From contig OZ059894.1 in assembly GCA_964057225.1 (NCBI GenBank), forward strand, positions 18,042,001 to 18,106,000: a stretch of 64,000 nt of DNA, in the 5' to 3' direction. Within the stretch, counting starts at the first letter, position 1; the number at the start of each line of letters is the position of its first letter. The notes under the pieces are model-generated. The model did not search any database. It was not told the origin of the DNA and worked only from the letters and a program-made list of their open reading frames with translations. The position numbers and the translations under genes are program-made. This stretch comes from Auanema rhodensis (Eukaryota; Animalia; Nematoda). Shown here in pieces: positions 28,301-44,410 of this stretch.

Positions 28301-31300
28301 GAATCTAATTTTGAAAACCGCATCTCTTTATCTTTTACGGGAAGCGAGTTACATACCATGTGTAAATCACGTGTACATTTAATTAGCATAGATTAAAGTT
28401 CACGTAAATTTCAAAGTCATGGTTACCATGCACCTATATCAATGAAAATTTGGTTTTGGACTAATATGGCCATGGGGAATCTAATTTTGAAAACCGCATC
28501 TCTTTATCTTTTACGGGAAGCGAGTTACATACCTTGTGCACATCACGTGTACATTTAATTCGCATAAATTAAAGTTCACGTAAACTTCAAAGTCATGGTT
28601 ACCATGCACCTATATCAATAAAACTTCGTTTTTAGACTAATATGGCCATGGGGAATCTAATTTTGAAAAGCGCATCTCTTTATCTTTCACGTGAAGCGAG
28701 TTATATACCAAGTGCACATCACGTGTCCATTTAATTAGCATAAATTAAAGTTCACGTAAATTTCAAAGTCATCTTTACCATGCACCTATATCAATGAAAA
28801 TTTGTTTTTGGACTAATATGACCATGGGGAATCTAATTTTAAAAACGGCATCTCTTTATCTTTTACGGGAAGCGAGTTACATACCATGTGCACATCACGT
28901 GTACATTTAATTAGCATAAATTAAAGTTCACGTAAATTTCAAAGTCATGGTTACCATGCACCTATAACAATGAAAATTTGTTTTTGGACTAATATGGCCA
29001 TGGGGAGTGTAATTTTGAAAACGGCATCTCTTCATCTTTGAGTTACATACCATGTGCACATCACGTGTACATTTAATTAGCATAAATTAAAGTTCACGTA
29101 AATTTCAAAGTCATGGTTACCATGCGCCTATATCAATAAAAATTCGTTTTTAGAATAATATGGCCATGGGGAATCTAATTTTGAAAACGGCATCTCTTTA
29201 TCTTTTACGGGAAGCGAGTTACATACCATGTGCACATCACTTTTACATTTAATTAGCATAAATTAAAGTTCACGTAAATTTCAAAGTCATGGTTACCATG
29301 CACCAGTATCAATAGAAATTTGTTTTTGGACTAATATGGCCATGGGGAATCTAATTTTGAAAACCGCATCTCTTTATCTTTTACGGGAAGCGAGTTACAT
29401 ACCATGTGTACATCACGTGTACATTTGATTAGCATAAATTATAGTTCACGTAAATTTCAAAGTCATGGTTACCACGCACCTATATCAATAAAAATTTGTT
29501 TTCAGTCTAATATGGAAATGGGGAATCTAATTTTGAAAACCGCATCTCTTTATCTTTTACGGGAAACGAGTTACATACCATGTGCACATCACGTGTACAT
29601 TTAATTAGCATAAATTAAAGTTCACGTAAATTTCAAAGTCATGGTTACCATGCACCTATATCAATAAAAATTTGTTTTCAGTCTAATATGGAAATGGGGA
29701 ATCTAATTTTTAAAACCGCATCTCTTTATCTTTTACGGGAAGCGAGTTACATACCATGTGTACATCACGTGTACATTTAATTAGCATAAATTAAAGTTCA
29801 CGTAAATTTCAAAGTCATGGTTACCATGCACTTATATCAATAAAAATTCGTTTTTAGACTAATATGGCCATGGGGAATCTAATTTTGAAAAGCGCATCTC
29901 TTTATCTTTCACGTGAAGCGAGTTATATACCAAGTGCACATCACGTGTCCATTTAATTAGCATAAATTAAAGTTCACGTAAATTTCAAAGTCATCGTTAC
30001 CATGCACCTATATAAATGAAAATTTGTTTTTGGACTAATATGGCCATGGGGAATCTAATTTTGAAAACCGCATCTCTTTATCTTTTACGGGAAGCGAGTT
30101 ACATACCATGTGCACATCACGTGTACATTTAATTAGCATAAATTAAAGTTCACGTAAATTTCAAAGTCATGGTTACCATGCGCCTATATCAATAAAAATT
30201 CGTTTTTAGAATAATATGGCCATGGGGAATCTAATTTTGAAAACGGCATCTCTTTATCTTTTACGGGAAGCGAGTTACATACCATGTGCACATCACGTGT
30301 CCATTTAATTAGCATAAATTAAAGTTCACGTAAATTTCAAAGTCATGGTTACCATGCACCAGTATCAATAGAAATTTGTTTTTGGACTAATATGGCCATG
30401 GGGAATCTAATTTTGAAAACCGCATCTCTTTATCTTTTACGGGAAGCGAGTTACATACCATGTGTACATCACGTGTACATTTAATTAGCATAAATTATAG
30501 TTCACGTAAATTTCAAAGTCATGGTTACCATGCACCTATATCAATAAAAATTTGTTTTCAGTCTAATATGGAAATGGGGAATCTAATTTTGAAAACTGCA
30601 TCTCTTTATCTTTTACGGGAAACGAGTTACATACCATGTGTACGTCACGTGTACATTTAATTAGCATAAATTAAAGTTCACGTAAATTTCAAAGTCATGG
30701 TTACCATGCACCTATATCAATAAAAATTTGTTTTCAGTCTAATATGGAAATGGGGAATCTAATTTTAAAAACCGCATCTCTTTATCTTTTACGGGAAGCG
30801 AGTTACATACCATGTGTACATCACGTATACATTTAATTAGCATAAATTAAAGTTCACGTAAATTTCAAAGTCATGGTTACCATGCACTTATATCAATAAA
30901 AATTCGTTTTTAGACTAATATGGCCATGGGGAATCTAATTTTGAAAAGCGCATCTCTTTATCTTTCACGTGAAGCGAGTTATATACCAAGTGCACATCAC
31001 GTGTCCATTTAATTAGCATAAATTAAAGTTCACGTAAATTTCAAAGTCATCGTTACCATGCACCTATATAAATGAAAATTTGTTTTTGGACTAATATGGC
31101 CATGGGGAATCTAATTTTGAAAACCGCATCTCTTTATCTTTTACGGGAAGCGAGTTACATACCATGTGTACATCACGTGTACATTTAATTAGCATAAATT
31201 AAAGTTCACGTAAATTTCAAAGTCATGGTTACCATGCGCCTATATCAATAAAAATTCGTTTTTAGACTAATATGGCCATGGGGAATCTAATTTTGAAAAC

Positions 31301-33560
31301 GGCATCTCTTTATCTTTTACGGGAAGCGAGTTACATACCATGTGCACATCACGTGTACATTTAATTAGCATAAATTAAAGTTCACGTAAAATTCAAAGTC
31401 ATGGTTACCATGCACCTATATCAATGAAAATTTGTTTTTGGACTAATATGGCCATGGGGAGTGTAATTTTGAAAACGGCATCTCTTCATCTTTGAGTTAC
31501 ATACCATGTGCACATCACGTGTACATTTAATTAGCATAAATTAAAGTTCACGTAAATTTCAAAGTCATGGTTACCATGCGCCTATATCAATAAAAATTCG
31601 TTTTTAGAATAATATGGCCATGGGGAATCTAATTTTGAAAACGGCATCTCTTTATCTTTTACGGGAAGCGAGTTACATACCATGTGCACATCACTTTTAC
31701 ATTTAATTAGCATAAATTAAAGTTCACGTAAATTTCAAAGTCATGGTTACCATGCACCAGTATCAATAGAAATTTGTTTTTGGACTAATATGGCCATGGG
31801 GAATCTAATTTTGAAAACCGCATCTCTTTATCTTTTACGGGAAGCGAGTTACATACCATGTGTACATCACGTGTACATTTGATTAGCATAAATTATAGTT
31901 CACGTAAATTTCAAAGTCATGGTTACCACGCACCTATATCAATAAAAATTTGTTTTCAGTCTAATATGGAAATGGGGAATCTAATTTTGAAAACCGCATC
32001 TCTTTATCTTTTACGGGAAACGAGTTACATACCATGTGCACATCACGTGTACATTTAATTAGCATAAATTAAAGTTCACGTAAATTTCAAAGTCATGGTT
32101 ACCATGCACCTATATCAATAAAAATTTGTTTTCAGTCTAATATGGAAATGGGGAATCTAATTTTTAAAACCGCATCTCTTTATCTTTTACGGGAAGCGAG
32201 TTACATACCATGTGTACATCACGTGTACATTTAATTAGCATAAATTAAAGTTCACGTAAATTTCAAAGTCATGGTTACCATGCACTTATATCAATAAAAA
32301 TTCGTTTTTAGACTAATATGGCCATGGGGAATCTAATTTTGAAAAGCGCATCTCTTTATCTTTCACGTGAAGCGAGTTATATACCAAGTGCACATCACGT
32401 GTCCATTTAATTAGCATAAATTAAAGTTCACGTAAATTTCAAAGTCATCGTTACCATGCACCTATATAAATGAAAATTTGTTTTTGGACTAATATGGCCA
32501 TGGGGAATCTAATTTTGAAAACCGCATCTCTTTATCTTTTACGGGAAGCGAGTTACATACCATGTGCACATCACGTGTACATTTAATTAGCATAAATTAA
32601 AGTTCACGTAAATTTCAAAGTCATGGTTACCATGCGCCTATATCAATAAAAATTCGTTTTTAGAATAATATGGCCATGGGGAATCTAATTTTGAAAACGG
32701 CATCTCTTTATCTTTTACGGGAAGCGAGTTACATACCATGTGCACATCACGTGTCCATTTAATTAGCATAAATTAAAGTTCACGTAAATTTCAAAGTCAT
32801 GGTTACCATGCACCAGTATCAATAGAAATTTGTTTTTGGACTAATATGGCCATGGGGAATCTAATTTTGAAAACCGCATCTCTTTATCTTTTACGGGAAG
32901 CGAGTTACATACCATGTGTACATCACGTGTACATTTAATTAGCATAAATTATAGTTCACGTAAATTTCAAAGTCATGGTTACCATGCACCTATATCAATA
33001 AAAATTTGTTTTCAGTCTAATATGGAAATGGGGAATCTAATTTTGAAAACTGCATCTCTTTATCTTTTACGGGAAACGAGTTACATACCATGTGTACGTC
33101 ACGTGTACATTTAATTAGCATAAATTAAAGTTCACGTAAATTTCAAAGTCATGGTTACCATGCACCTATATCAATAAAAATTTGTTTTCAGTCTAATATG
33201 GAAATGGGGAATCTAATTTTAAAAACCGCATCTCTTTATCTTTTACGGGAAGCGAGTTACATACCATGTGTACATCACGTATACATTTAATTAGCATAAA
33301 TTAAAGTTCACGTAAATTTCAAAGTCATGGTTACCATGCACTTATATCAATAAAAATTCGTTTTTAGACTAATATGGCCATGGGGAATCTAATTTTGAAA
33401 AGCGCATCTCTTTATCTTTCACGTGAAGCGAGTTATATACCAAGTGCACATCACGTGTCCATTTAATTAGCATAAATTAAAGTTCACGTAAATTTCAAAG
33501 TCATCGTTACCATGCACCTATATAAATGAAAATTTGTTTTTGGACTAATATGGCCATGGG
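25380..33560 (+). repeat. 15-mer (2630 bp) then 14-mer (2454 bp) higher-order repeat, ~3 copies
   Basis: Markers CACTTTTACAT, ACATTTGATT, ACCACGCACC, TAGAATAATA and the 10-bp deletion recur at +2630 and then +2454. ORF copies at 26774/29404/31858 and 27830/30460/32914 agree. Confidence 0.9.
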
Positions 33561-33969
33561 GAGTGTAATTATGAAAACCGCATCTCTTTATCTTTCACGG
33601 GAAGCGAGTTACATACCATGTGCCCATCACGTGTACATTTAATTAGCATAAATTGAAGTTCACGTAAATTTTAAAGTCATAGTTACCATGCACCTATATC
33701 AATAAAAATTTGTTTTCAGTCTAATATGGAAATGGGGAATCTAATTTTGAAAACCGCATCTCTTTATCTTTTACCGGAAACGAGTTACATATCATGTGCA
33801 CATCACGTGTACATTTAATTAGCATAAATTAAAGTTCACGTAAATTTCAAAGTCATGGTTACCATGCACCAGTATCAATAGAAATTTGTTTTTGGACTAA
33901 TATGGCCATGGGGAATCTAATTTTGAAAACCGCATCTCTTTATCTTTTACGGGAAGCGAGTTACATACC

Positions 33970-35210
33970 ATGTGTACATCACGTGTACATTTAATTAGCA
34001 TAAATTATAGTTCACGTAAATTTCAAAGTCATGGTTACCATGCACCTATATCAATAAAAATTTGTTTTCAGTCTAATATGGAAATGGGGAATCTAATTTT
34101 GAAAACTGCATCTCTTTATCTTTTACGGGAAACGAGTTACATACCATGTGTACGTCACGTGTACATTTAATTAGCATAAATTAAAGTTCACGTAAATTTC
34201 AAAGTCATGGTTACCATGCACCTATATCAATAAAAATTTGTTTTCAGTCTAATATGGAAATGGGGAATCTAATTTTAAAAACCGCATCTCTTTATCTTTT
34301 ACGGGAAGCGAGTTACATACCATGTGTACATCACGTGTCCATTTAATTAGCATAAATTAAAGTTCACGTAAATTTCAAAGTCATGGTTACCATGCACCTA
34401 TATCAATAAAAATTTGTTTTCAGTCTAATATGGAAATGGGGAATCTAATTTTGAAAACTGCATCTCTTTATCTTTTACGGGAAACGAGTTACATACCATG
34501 TGTACGTCACGTGTACATTTAATTAGCATAAATTAAAGTTCACGTAAATTTCAAAGTCATGGTTACCATGCACCTATATCAATAAAAATTTGTTTTCAGT
34601 CTAATATGGAAATGGGGAATCTAATTTTAAAAACCGCATCTCTTTATCTTTTACGGGAAGCGAGTTACATACCATGTGTACATCACGTGTCCATTTAATT
34701 AGCATAAATTAAAGTTCACGTAAATTTCAAAGTCATGGTTACCATGCACCTATATCAATAAAAATTTGTTTTCAGTCTAATATGGAAATGGGGAATCTAA
34801 TTTTGAAAACTGCATCTCTTTATCTTTTACGGGAAACGAGTTACATACCATGTGTACGTCACGTGTACATTTAATTAGCATAAATTAAAGTTCACGTAAA
34901 TTTCAAAGTCATGGTTACCATGCACCTATATCAATAAAAATTTGTTTTCAGTCTAATATGGAAATGGGGAATCTAATTTTAAAAACCGCATCTCTTTATC
35001 TTTTACGGGAAGCGAGTTACATACCATGTGTACATCACGTGTCCATTTAATTAGCATAAATTAAAGTTCACGTAAATTTCAAAGTCATGGTTACCATGCA
35101 CCTATATCAATAAAAATTTGTTTTCAGTCTAATATGGAAATGGGGAATCTAATTTTGAAAACTGCATCTCTTTATCTTTTACGGGAAACGAGTTACATAC
35201 CATGTGTACG
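33970..35210 (+). repeat. Local dimeric (352 bp) expansion
   Basis: AAAACTGCA...TGTACGTCAC at ~34102, 34454, 34806 and 35158 alternates with TTAAAAACCG...GTGTCCATTT monomers. Confidence 0.88.
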
Positions 35211-38200
35211 TCACGTGTACATTTAATTAGCATAAATTAAAGTTCACGTAAATTTCAAAGTCATGGTTACCATGCACTTATATCAATAAAAATTCGTTTT
35301 TAGACTAATATGGCCATGGGGAATCTAATTTTGAAAAGCGCATCTCTTTATCTTTCACGTGAAGCGAGTTATATACCAAGTGCACATCACGTGTCCATTT
35401 AATTAGCATAAATTAAAGTTCACGTAAATTTCAAAGTCATCGTTACCATGCACCTATATAAATGAAAATTTGTTTTTGGACTAATATGGCCATGGGGAAT
35501 CTAATTTTGAAATCCGCATCTCTTTATCTTTTACGGGAAGCGAGTTACATACCATGTGTACATCACGTGTACATTTAATTAGCATAAATTAAAGTTCACG
35601 TAAATTTCAAAGTCATGGTTACCATGCGCCTATATCAATAAAAATTCGTTTTTAGACTAATATGGCCATGGGGAATCTAATTTTGAAAACGGCATCTCTT
35701 TATCTTTTACGGGAAGCGAGTTACATACCATGTGCACATCACGTGTACATTTAATTAGCATAAATTAAAGTTCACGTAAAATTCAAAGTCATGGTTACCA
35801 TGCACCTATATCAATGAAAATTTGTTTTTGGACTAATATGGCCATGGGGAGTGTAATTATGAAAACCGCATCTCTTTATCTTTCACGGGAAGCGAGTTAC
35901 ATACCATGTGCCCATCACGTGTACATTTAATTAGCATAAATTGAAGTTCACGTAAATTTTAAAGTCATGGTTACCATGCACCTATATCAATAAAAATTTG
36001 TTTTCAGTCTAATATGGAAATGGGGAATCTAATTTTGAAAACCGCATCTCTTTATCTTTTACCGGAAACGAGTTACATATCATGTGTACATCACGTGTAC
36101 ATTTAATTAGCATAAATTAAAGTTCACGTAAATTTCAAAGTCATGGTTACCATGCACCTATATCAATAAAAATTTGTTTTCAGTCTAATATGGAAATGGG
36201 GAATCTAATTTTGAAAACCGCATCTTTTTATCTTTTACGGGAAGCGAGTTACATACCATGTGTAAATCACGTGTACATTTAATTAGCATAAATTAAAGTT
36301 TACGTAAATTTCAAAGTCATGGTTACCATGCACCTATATCAATAAAAATTTGTTTTCAGTCTAATATGGAAATGGGGAATCTAATTTTGAAAACCGCATC
36401 TCTTTATCTTTTACGGGAAGCGAGTTACATACCATGTGCACATCACGTGTACATTTAATTAGCATAAATTAAAGTTCACGTAAATTTCAAAGTCATGGTT
36501 ACCATGCACCAGTATCAATGAAAATTTGTTTTGGGACTAATATGGCCATAGGGAATTTAATTTTGAAAACGGCATCTCTTCATCTTTGAGTTACATACCA
36601 TGTGTACATCACGTGTACATTTAATTAGCATAAATTAAAGTTCACGTAAATTTTAAAGTCATGGTTACCATGCACCAATATCCATAAAAATTTGTTTTTA
36701 GACTAATATGGACATGGGGAATCTAATTTTGAAAACCGCATCTCTTTATCTTTCACGGGAAGCGAGTTACATACCATGTGCACATCACGTGTACATTTAA
36801 TTAGCATAAATTAAAGTTCACGTAAATTTCAAAGTCATGGTTACCATGCACCTATATCAATGAAAATTTGGTTTTGGACTAATATGGCCATGGGGAGTGT
36901 AATTTTGAAAAGCGCATCTCTTTATCTTTCACGTGAAGCGAGTTATATACCAAGTGCACATCACGTGTCCATTTAATTAGCATAAATCAAAGTTCACGTA
37001 AATTTTAAAGTCATTGTTACCATGCACCAATATCCATAAAAATTTGTTTTTAGACTAATATGGACATGGGGAATCTAATTTAGAAAACCACATCTCTTTA
37101 TCTTTTATGGGAAGCGAGTTACATACCATGTGTACATCACGTGTACATTTAATTAGCATAAATTAAAGTTCACGTAAATTTCAAAGTCATGGTTACCATG
37201 CGCCTATATCAATAAAAATTTGTTTTTAGTCTAATATGGAAATGGGGAATCTAATTTTGAAAACCGCATCTCTTTATCTTTTACGGGAAGCGAGTTACAT
37301 ACCATGTGTACATCACGTGTACATTTAATTAGCATAAATTAAAGTTCACGTAAATTTCAAAGTCATGGTTACCATGCGCCTATATCAATAAAAATTTGTT
37401 TTTAGTCTAATATGGAAATGGGGAATCTAATTTTGAAAACCGCATCTCTTTATCTTTTACGGGAAGCGAGTTACATACCATGTGTAAATCACGTGTACAT
37501 TTAATTAGCATAAATTAAAGTTTACGTAAATTTCAAAGTCATGGTTACCATGCACCTATATCAATAAAAATTTGTTTTCAGTCTAATATGGAAATGGGGA
37601 ATCTAATTTTGAAAACCGCATCTCTTTATCTTTTACGGGAAGCGAGTTACATACCATGTGCACATCACGTGTACATTTAATCAGCATAAATTAAAGTTCA
37701 CGTAAATTTCAAAGTCATGGTTACCATGCACCAGTATCAATGAAAATTTGTTTTTGGACTAATATGGCCATAGGGAATTTAATTTTGAAAACGGCATCTC
37801 TTCATCTTTGAGTTACATACCATGTGTACATCACGTGTACATTTAATTAGCATAAATTAAAGTTCACGTAAATTTCAAAGTCATGGTTACCATGCACCTA
37901 TATCAATGAAAATTTGGTTTTGGACTAATATGGCCATGGGGAGTGTAATTTTGAAAAGCGCATCTCTTTATCTTTCACGTGAAGCGAGTTATATACCAAG
38001 TGCACATCACGTGTCCATTTAATTAGCATAAATCAAAGTTCACGTAAATTTTAAAGTCATGGTTACCATGCACCAATATCCATAAAAATTTGTTTTTAGA
38101 CTAATATGGACATGGGGAATCTAATTTTGAAAACCACATCTCTTTATCTTTTACGGGAAGCGAGTTACATACCATGTGTACATCACGTGTACATTTAATT

Positions 38201-39559
38201 AGCATAAATTAAAGTTCACGTAAATTTCAAAGTCATGGTTACCATGCGCCTATATCAATAAAAATTCGTTTTTAGACTAATATGGCCATGGGGAATCTAA
38301 TTTTGAGAACCGCATCTCTTTATCTTTTACGGGAAGCGAGTTACATACCATGTGCACCTCACGTGTACATTTAATTAGCATAAATTAAAGTTCACGTAAA
38401 TTTCAAAGTCATGGTTACCATGCACCTATATCAATGAAAATTTGTTTTTGGACTAACATGGCCATGGGGAGTGTAATTTTGAAAACCACATCTCTTTATC
38501 TTTTACGGGAAGCGAGTTACATACCATGTGCACATCACGTGTACATTTAATTAGCATAAATTAAAGTTCACGTTAATTTCAAAGTCATGGTTACCATGCA
38601 CCAATATCAATGAAAATTTGTTTTTGGACTAATATGGACATGGGGAATCTAATTTTGAAAAGCGCATCTCTTTATCTTTCACGTGAAGCAAGTTATATAC
38701 CAAGTGCACATCACGTGTACATTTAATTAGCATAAATTAAAGTTCACGTAAATTTCAAAGTCATCGTTACCATGCACCTATATCAATAGAAATTTGTTTC
38801 TAGACTAATATTAACATGGGGAATCTAATTTTGAAAACCGCATCTCTTTATCTTTTACGGGAAGCGAGTTACATACCATGTGCACATCACGTGTACATTT
38901 AATTAGCATAAATTAAAGTTCACGTAAATTTCAAAGTCATGGTTACCATGCACCTATATCAATAGAAATTTGTTTGAAGACTAATATGGCCATGGGGAAT
39001 CTAATTTTGAAAACCGCATCTCTTTATCTTTTACGGGAAGCGAGTTACATACCAAGTGCACATCACGTGTACATTTAATTAGTATAAATTAAAGTTCACG
39101 TTAATTTCCAAGTCATGGTTACCATGCACCAATATCAATGAAAATTTGTTTTTGGACTAATATGGACATGGGGAATCTAATTTTGAAAACTGCATCTCTT
39201 TATCTTTCACGTGAAGCGAGTTACACACCAAGTGCACATCAAGTGTACTTTTAATTAGCACAAATTGAAGTTCACGTAAATTTCAAAGTCATGGTTACCA
39301 TGCACCAATATCCATAAAAATTTGTTTTTACACTAATATTAACATGGGGAATCTAATTTTGAAAACCGCATCTCTTTATCTTTTACGGAAAGCGAGTTAC
39401 ATACCATGTGCCCATCACGTGTACATTTAATTAGCATAAATTAAAGTTCACGTAAATTTCAAGGTCATGGTTACCATGCTTCTATATCAATAAAAATTTG
39501 TATTCAGTCTAATATGGAAATGGGGAATCTAATTTTGAAAACCGCATCTCTTTATCTTT

Positions 39560-42500
39560 TACGGGAAGCGAGTTACATACCATGTGCACATCACGTGTAC
39601 ATTTAATTAGCATAAATTAAAGTTCACGTAAATTTCAAAGTCATGGTTACCATGCGCCTATATCAATAAAAATTCGTTTTTAGACTAATATGGCCATGGG
39701 GAATCTAATTTTGAAAACCGCATCTCTTCATCTTTTACGGGAAGCGAGTTACATACCATGTGCACATCACGTGTACATTTAATTCGCATAAATTAAAGTT
39801 CACGTAAATTTCAAAGTCATGGTTACCATGCACCTATATCAATAAAAATTCGTTTTTAGACTAATATGGCCATGGGGAATCTAATTTTGAAAAGCGCATC
39901 TCTTTATCTTTCACGTGAAGCGAGTTATATACCAAGTGCACATCACGTGTCCATTTAATTAGCATAAATTAAAGTTCACGTAAATTTCAAAGTCATCGTT
40001 ACCATGCACCTATATCAATGAAAATTTGTTTTTGGACTAATATGGCCATGGGGAATCTAATTTTGAAAACCGCATCTCTTTATCTTTTACGGGAAGCGAG
40101 TTACATACCATGTGTACATCACGTGTACATTTAATTAGCATAAATTAAAGTTCACGTAAATTTCAAAGTCATGGTTACCATGCGCCTATATCAATAAAAA
40201 TTCGTTTTTAGACTAATATGGCCAAGGGGAATCTAATTTTGAAAACGGCATCTCTTTATCTTTTACGGGAAGCGAGTTACATACCATGTGCACATCACGT
40301 GTACATTTAATTAGCATAAATTAAAGTTCACGTAAATTTCAAAGTCATGGTTACCATGCACCTATATCAATGAAAATTTGTTTTTGGACTAACATGGCCA
40401 TGGGGAGTGTAATTTTGAAAACCACATCTCTTTATCTTTTGCGGGAAGCGAGTTACATACCATGTGCACATCACGTATACATTTAATTAGCATAAATTAA
40501 AGTTCACGTTAATTTCAAAGTCATGGTTACCATGCACCAATATCAATGAAAATATGTTTTTGGACTAATATGGACATGGGGAATCTAATTTTGAAAAGCG
40601 CATCTCTTCATCTTTCACGTGAAGCGAGTTATATACCAAGTGCACATCACGTGTACATTTAATTAGCATAAATTAAAGTTCACGTAAATTTCAAAGTCAT
40701 CGTTACCATGCACCTATATCAATAGAAATTTGTTTTGAGACTAATATTAACATGGGGAATCTAATTTTGAAAACGGCATCTCTTCATCTTTGAGTTACAT
40801 ACCATGTGCACATCACGTGTACATTTAATTCGCATAAATTAAAGTTCACGTAAATTTCAAAGTCATGGTTACCATGCACCTATATCAATGAAAATTTGTT
40901 TTTGGACTAACATGGCCATGGGGAGTGTAATTTTGAAAACCACATCTCTTTATCTTTTACGGGAAGCGAGTTACATACCATGTGTACATCACGTGTACAT
41001 TTAATTAGCATAAATTAAAGTTCACGTAAATTTCAAAGTCATGGTTACCATGCGCCTATATCAATAAAAATTCGTTTTTGAACTAATATGGCCATTGGGA
41101 ATCTAATTTTGAAAACCGCATCTCTTTATCTTTTACGGGAAGCGAGTTACATACCATGTGTACATCACGTGTACATTTAATTAGCATAAATTAAAGTTCA
41201 CGTAAATTTCAAAGTCATGGTTACCATGCGCCTATATCAATAAAAATTCGTTTTTAGACTAATATGGCCATGGGGAATCTAATTTTGAAAACGGCATCTC
41301 TTTATCTTTTACGGGAAGCGAGTTACATACCATGTGCACATCACGTGTACATTTAATTAGCATAAATTAAAGTTCACGTAAATTGCAAAGTCATGGTTAC
41401 CATGCACCTATATCAATGAAAATTTGTTTTTGGACTAACATGGCCATGGGGAGTGTAATTTTGAAAACCACATCTCTTTATCTTTTACGGGAAGCGAGTT
41501 ACATACCATGTGTACATCACGTGTACATTTAATTAGCATAAATTAAAGTTCACGTAAATTTCAAAGTCATGGTTACCATGCGCCTATATCAATAAAAATT
41601 CGTTTTTAGACTAATATGGCCATGGGAAATCTAATTTTGAAAACCGCATTTCTTTATCTTTTACGGGAAGCGAGTTACATACCATGTGCACATCACGTGT
41701 ACATTTAATTAGCATAAATTAAAGTTCACGTAAATTTCAAAGTCATGGTTACCATGCACCTATATCAATGAAAATTTGTTTTTGGACTAACATGGCCATG
41801 GGGAGTGTAATTTTGAAAACCACATCTCTTTATCTTTTACGGGAAGCGAGTTACATACCATGTGCACATCACGTGTACATTTAATTAGCATAAATTAAAG
41901 TTCACGTTAATTTCAAAGTCATGGTTACCATGCACCAATATCAATGAAAATTTGTTTTTAGACTAATATGGCCATGGGGAATCTAATTTTGAAAACCGCA
42001 TCTCTTTATCTTTTACGGGAAGCGAGTTACATACCATGTGCACATCACGTGTACATTTAATTAGCATAAATTAAAGTTCACGTAAATTTCAAAGTCATGG
42101 TTACCATGCGCCTATATCAATAAAAATTCGTTTTTAGACTAATATGGCCATGGGGAATCTAATTTTGAAAACCGCATCTCTTCATCTTTTACGGGAAGCG
42201 AGTTACATACCATGTGCACATCACGTGTACATTTAATTCGCATAAATTAAAGTTCACGTAAATTTCAAAGTCATGGTTACCATGCACCTATATCAATAAA
42301 AATTCGTTTTTAGACTAATATGGCCATGGGGAATCTAATTTTGAAAAGCGCATCTCTTTATCTTTCACGTGAAGCGAGTTATATACCAAGTGCACATCAC
42401 GTGTCCATTTAATTAGCATAAATTAAAGTTCACGTAAATTTCAAAGTCATCGTTACCATGCACCTATATCAATGAAAATTTGTTTTTGGACTAATATGGC

Positions 42501-44410
42501 CATGGGGAATCTAATTTTGAAAACCGCATCTCTTTATCTTTTACGGGAAGCGAGTTACATACCATGTGTACATCACGTGTACATTTAATTAGCATAAATT
42601 AAAGTTCACGTAAATTTCAAAGTCATGGTTACCATGCGCCTATATCAATAAAAATTCGTTTTTAGACTAATATGGCCAAGGGGAATCTAATTTTGAAAAC
42701 GGCATCTCTTTATCTTTTACGGGAAGCGAGTTACATACCATGTGCACATCACGTGTACATTTAATTAGCATAAATTAAAGTTCACGTAAATTTCAAAGTC
42801 ATGGTTACCATGCACCTATATCAATGAAAATTTGTTTTTGGACTAACATGGCCATGGGGAGTGTAATTTTGAAAACCACATCTCTTTATCTTTTGCGGGA
42901 AGCGAGTTACATACCATGTGCACATCACGTATACATTTAATTAGCATAAATTAAAGTTCACGTTAATTTCAAAGTCATGGTTACCATGCACCAATATCAA
43001 TGAAAATATGTTTTTGGACTAATATGGACATGGGGAATCTAATTTTGAAAAGCGCATCTCTTCATCTTTCACGTGAAGCGAGTTATATACCAAGTGCACA
43101 TCACGTGTACATTTAATTAGCATAAATTAAAGTTCACGTAAATTTCAAAGTCATCGTTACCATGCACCTATATCAATAGAAATTTGTTTTGAGACTAATA
43201 TTAACATGGGGAATCTAATTTTGAAAACGGCATCTCTTCATCTTTGAGTTACATACCATGTGCACATCACGTGTACATTTAATTCGCATAAATTAAAGTT
43301 CACGTAAATTTCAAAGTCATGGTTACCATGCACCTATATCAATGAAAATTTGTTTTTGGACTAACATGGCCATGGGGAGTGTAATTTTGAAAACCACATC
43401 TCTTTATCTTTTACGGGAAGCGAGTTACATACCATGTGTACATCACGTGTACATTTAATTAACATAAATTAAAGTTCACGTAAATTTCAAAGTCATGGTT
43501 ACCATGCGCCTATATCAATAAAAATTCGTTTTTGAACTAATATGGCCATTGGGAATCTAATTTTGAAAACCGCATCTCTTTATCTTTTACGGGAAGCGAG
43601 TTACATACCATGTGTACATCACGTGTACATTTAATTAGCATAAATTAAAGTTCACGTAAATTTCAAAGTCATGGTTACCATGCGCCTATATCAATAAAAA
43701 TTCGTTTTTAGACTAATATGGCCATGGGGAATCTAATTTTGAAAACGGCATCTCTTTATCTTTTACGGGAAGCGAGTTACATACCATGTGCACATCACGT
43801 GTACATTTAATTAGCATAAATTAAAGTTCACGTAAATTGCAAAGTCATGGTTACCATGCACCTATATCAATGAAAATTTGTTTTTGGACTAACATGGCCA
43901 TGGGGAGTGTAATTTTGAAAACCACATCTCTTTATCTTTTACGGGAAGCGAGTTACATACCATGTGTACATCACGTGTACATTTAATTAGCATAAATTAA
44001 AGTTCACGTAAATTTCAAAGTCATGGTTACCATGCGCCTATATCAATAAAAATTCGTTTTTAGACTAATATGGCCATGGGAAATCTAATTTTGAAAACCG
44101 CATTTCTTTATCTATTACGGGAAGCGAGTTACATACCATGTGCACATCACGTGTACATTTAATTAGCATAAATTAAAGTTCACGTAAATTTCAAAGTCAT
44201 GGTTACCATGCACCTATATCAATGAAAATTTGTTTTTGGACTAACATGGCCATGGGGAGTGTAATTTTGAAAACCACATCTCTTTATCTTTTACGGGAAG
44301 CGAGTTACATACCATGTGCACATCACGTGTACATTTAATTAGCATAAATTAAAGTTCACGTTAATTTCAAAGTCATGGTTACCATGCACCAATATCAATG
44401 AAAATTTGTT
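39560..44410 (+). repeat. Tandem duplication of a 14-mer (2454 bp)
   Basis: GCGGGAAGCG at 40441 and 42895. AATATGTTTT, TTGAGACT, TTGAACT...CCATTGG, GGAAATCT...GCATTTC and the 10-bp deletion all recur at +2454. Confidence 0.9.

Noticed and set aside
5621-34170. Fifteen near-identical 66-aa ORFs (MCTSRVHLIS...) on the + strand
   Set aside because: They appear only where the satellite SNP AATTAA>AATTAT removes a TAA stop and no other in-frame stop allele is present. Each ORF spans one monomer plus part of the next, with no gene context or recognisable domain.
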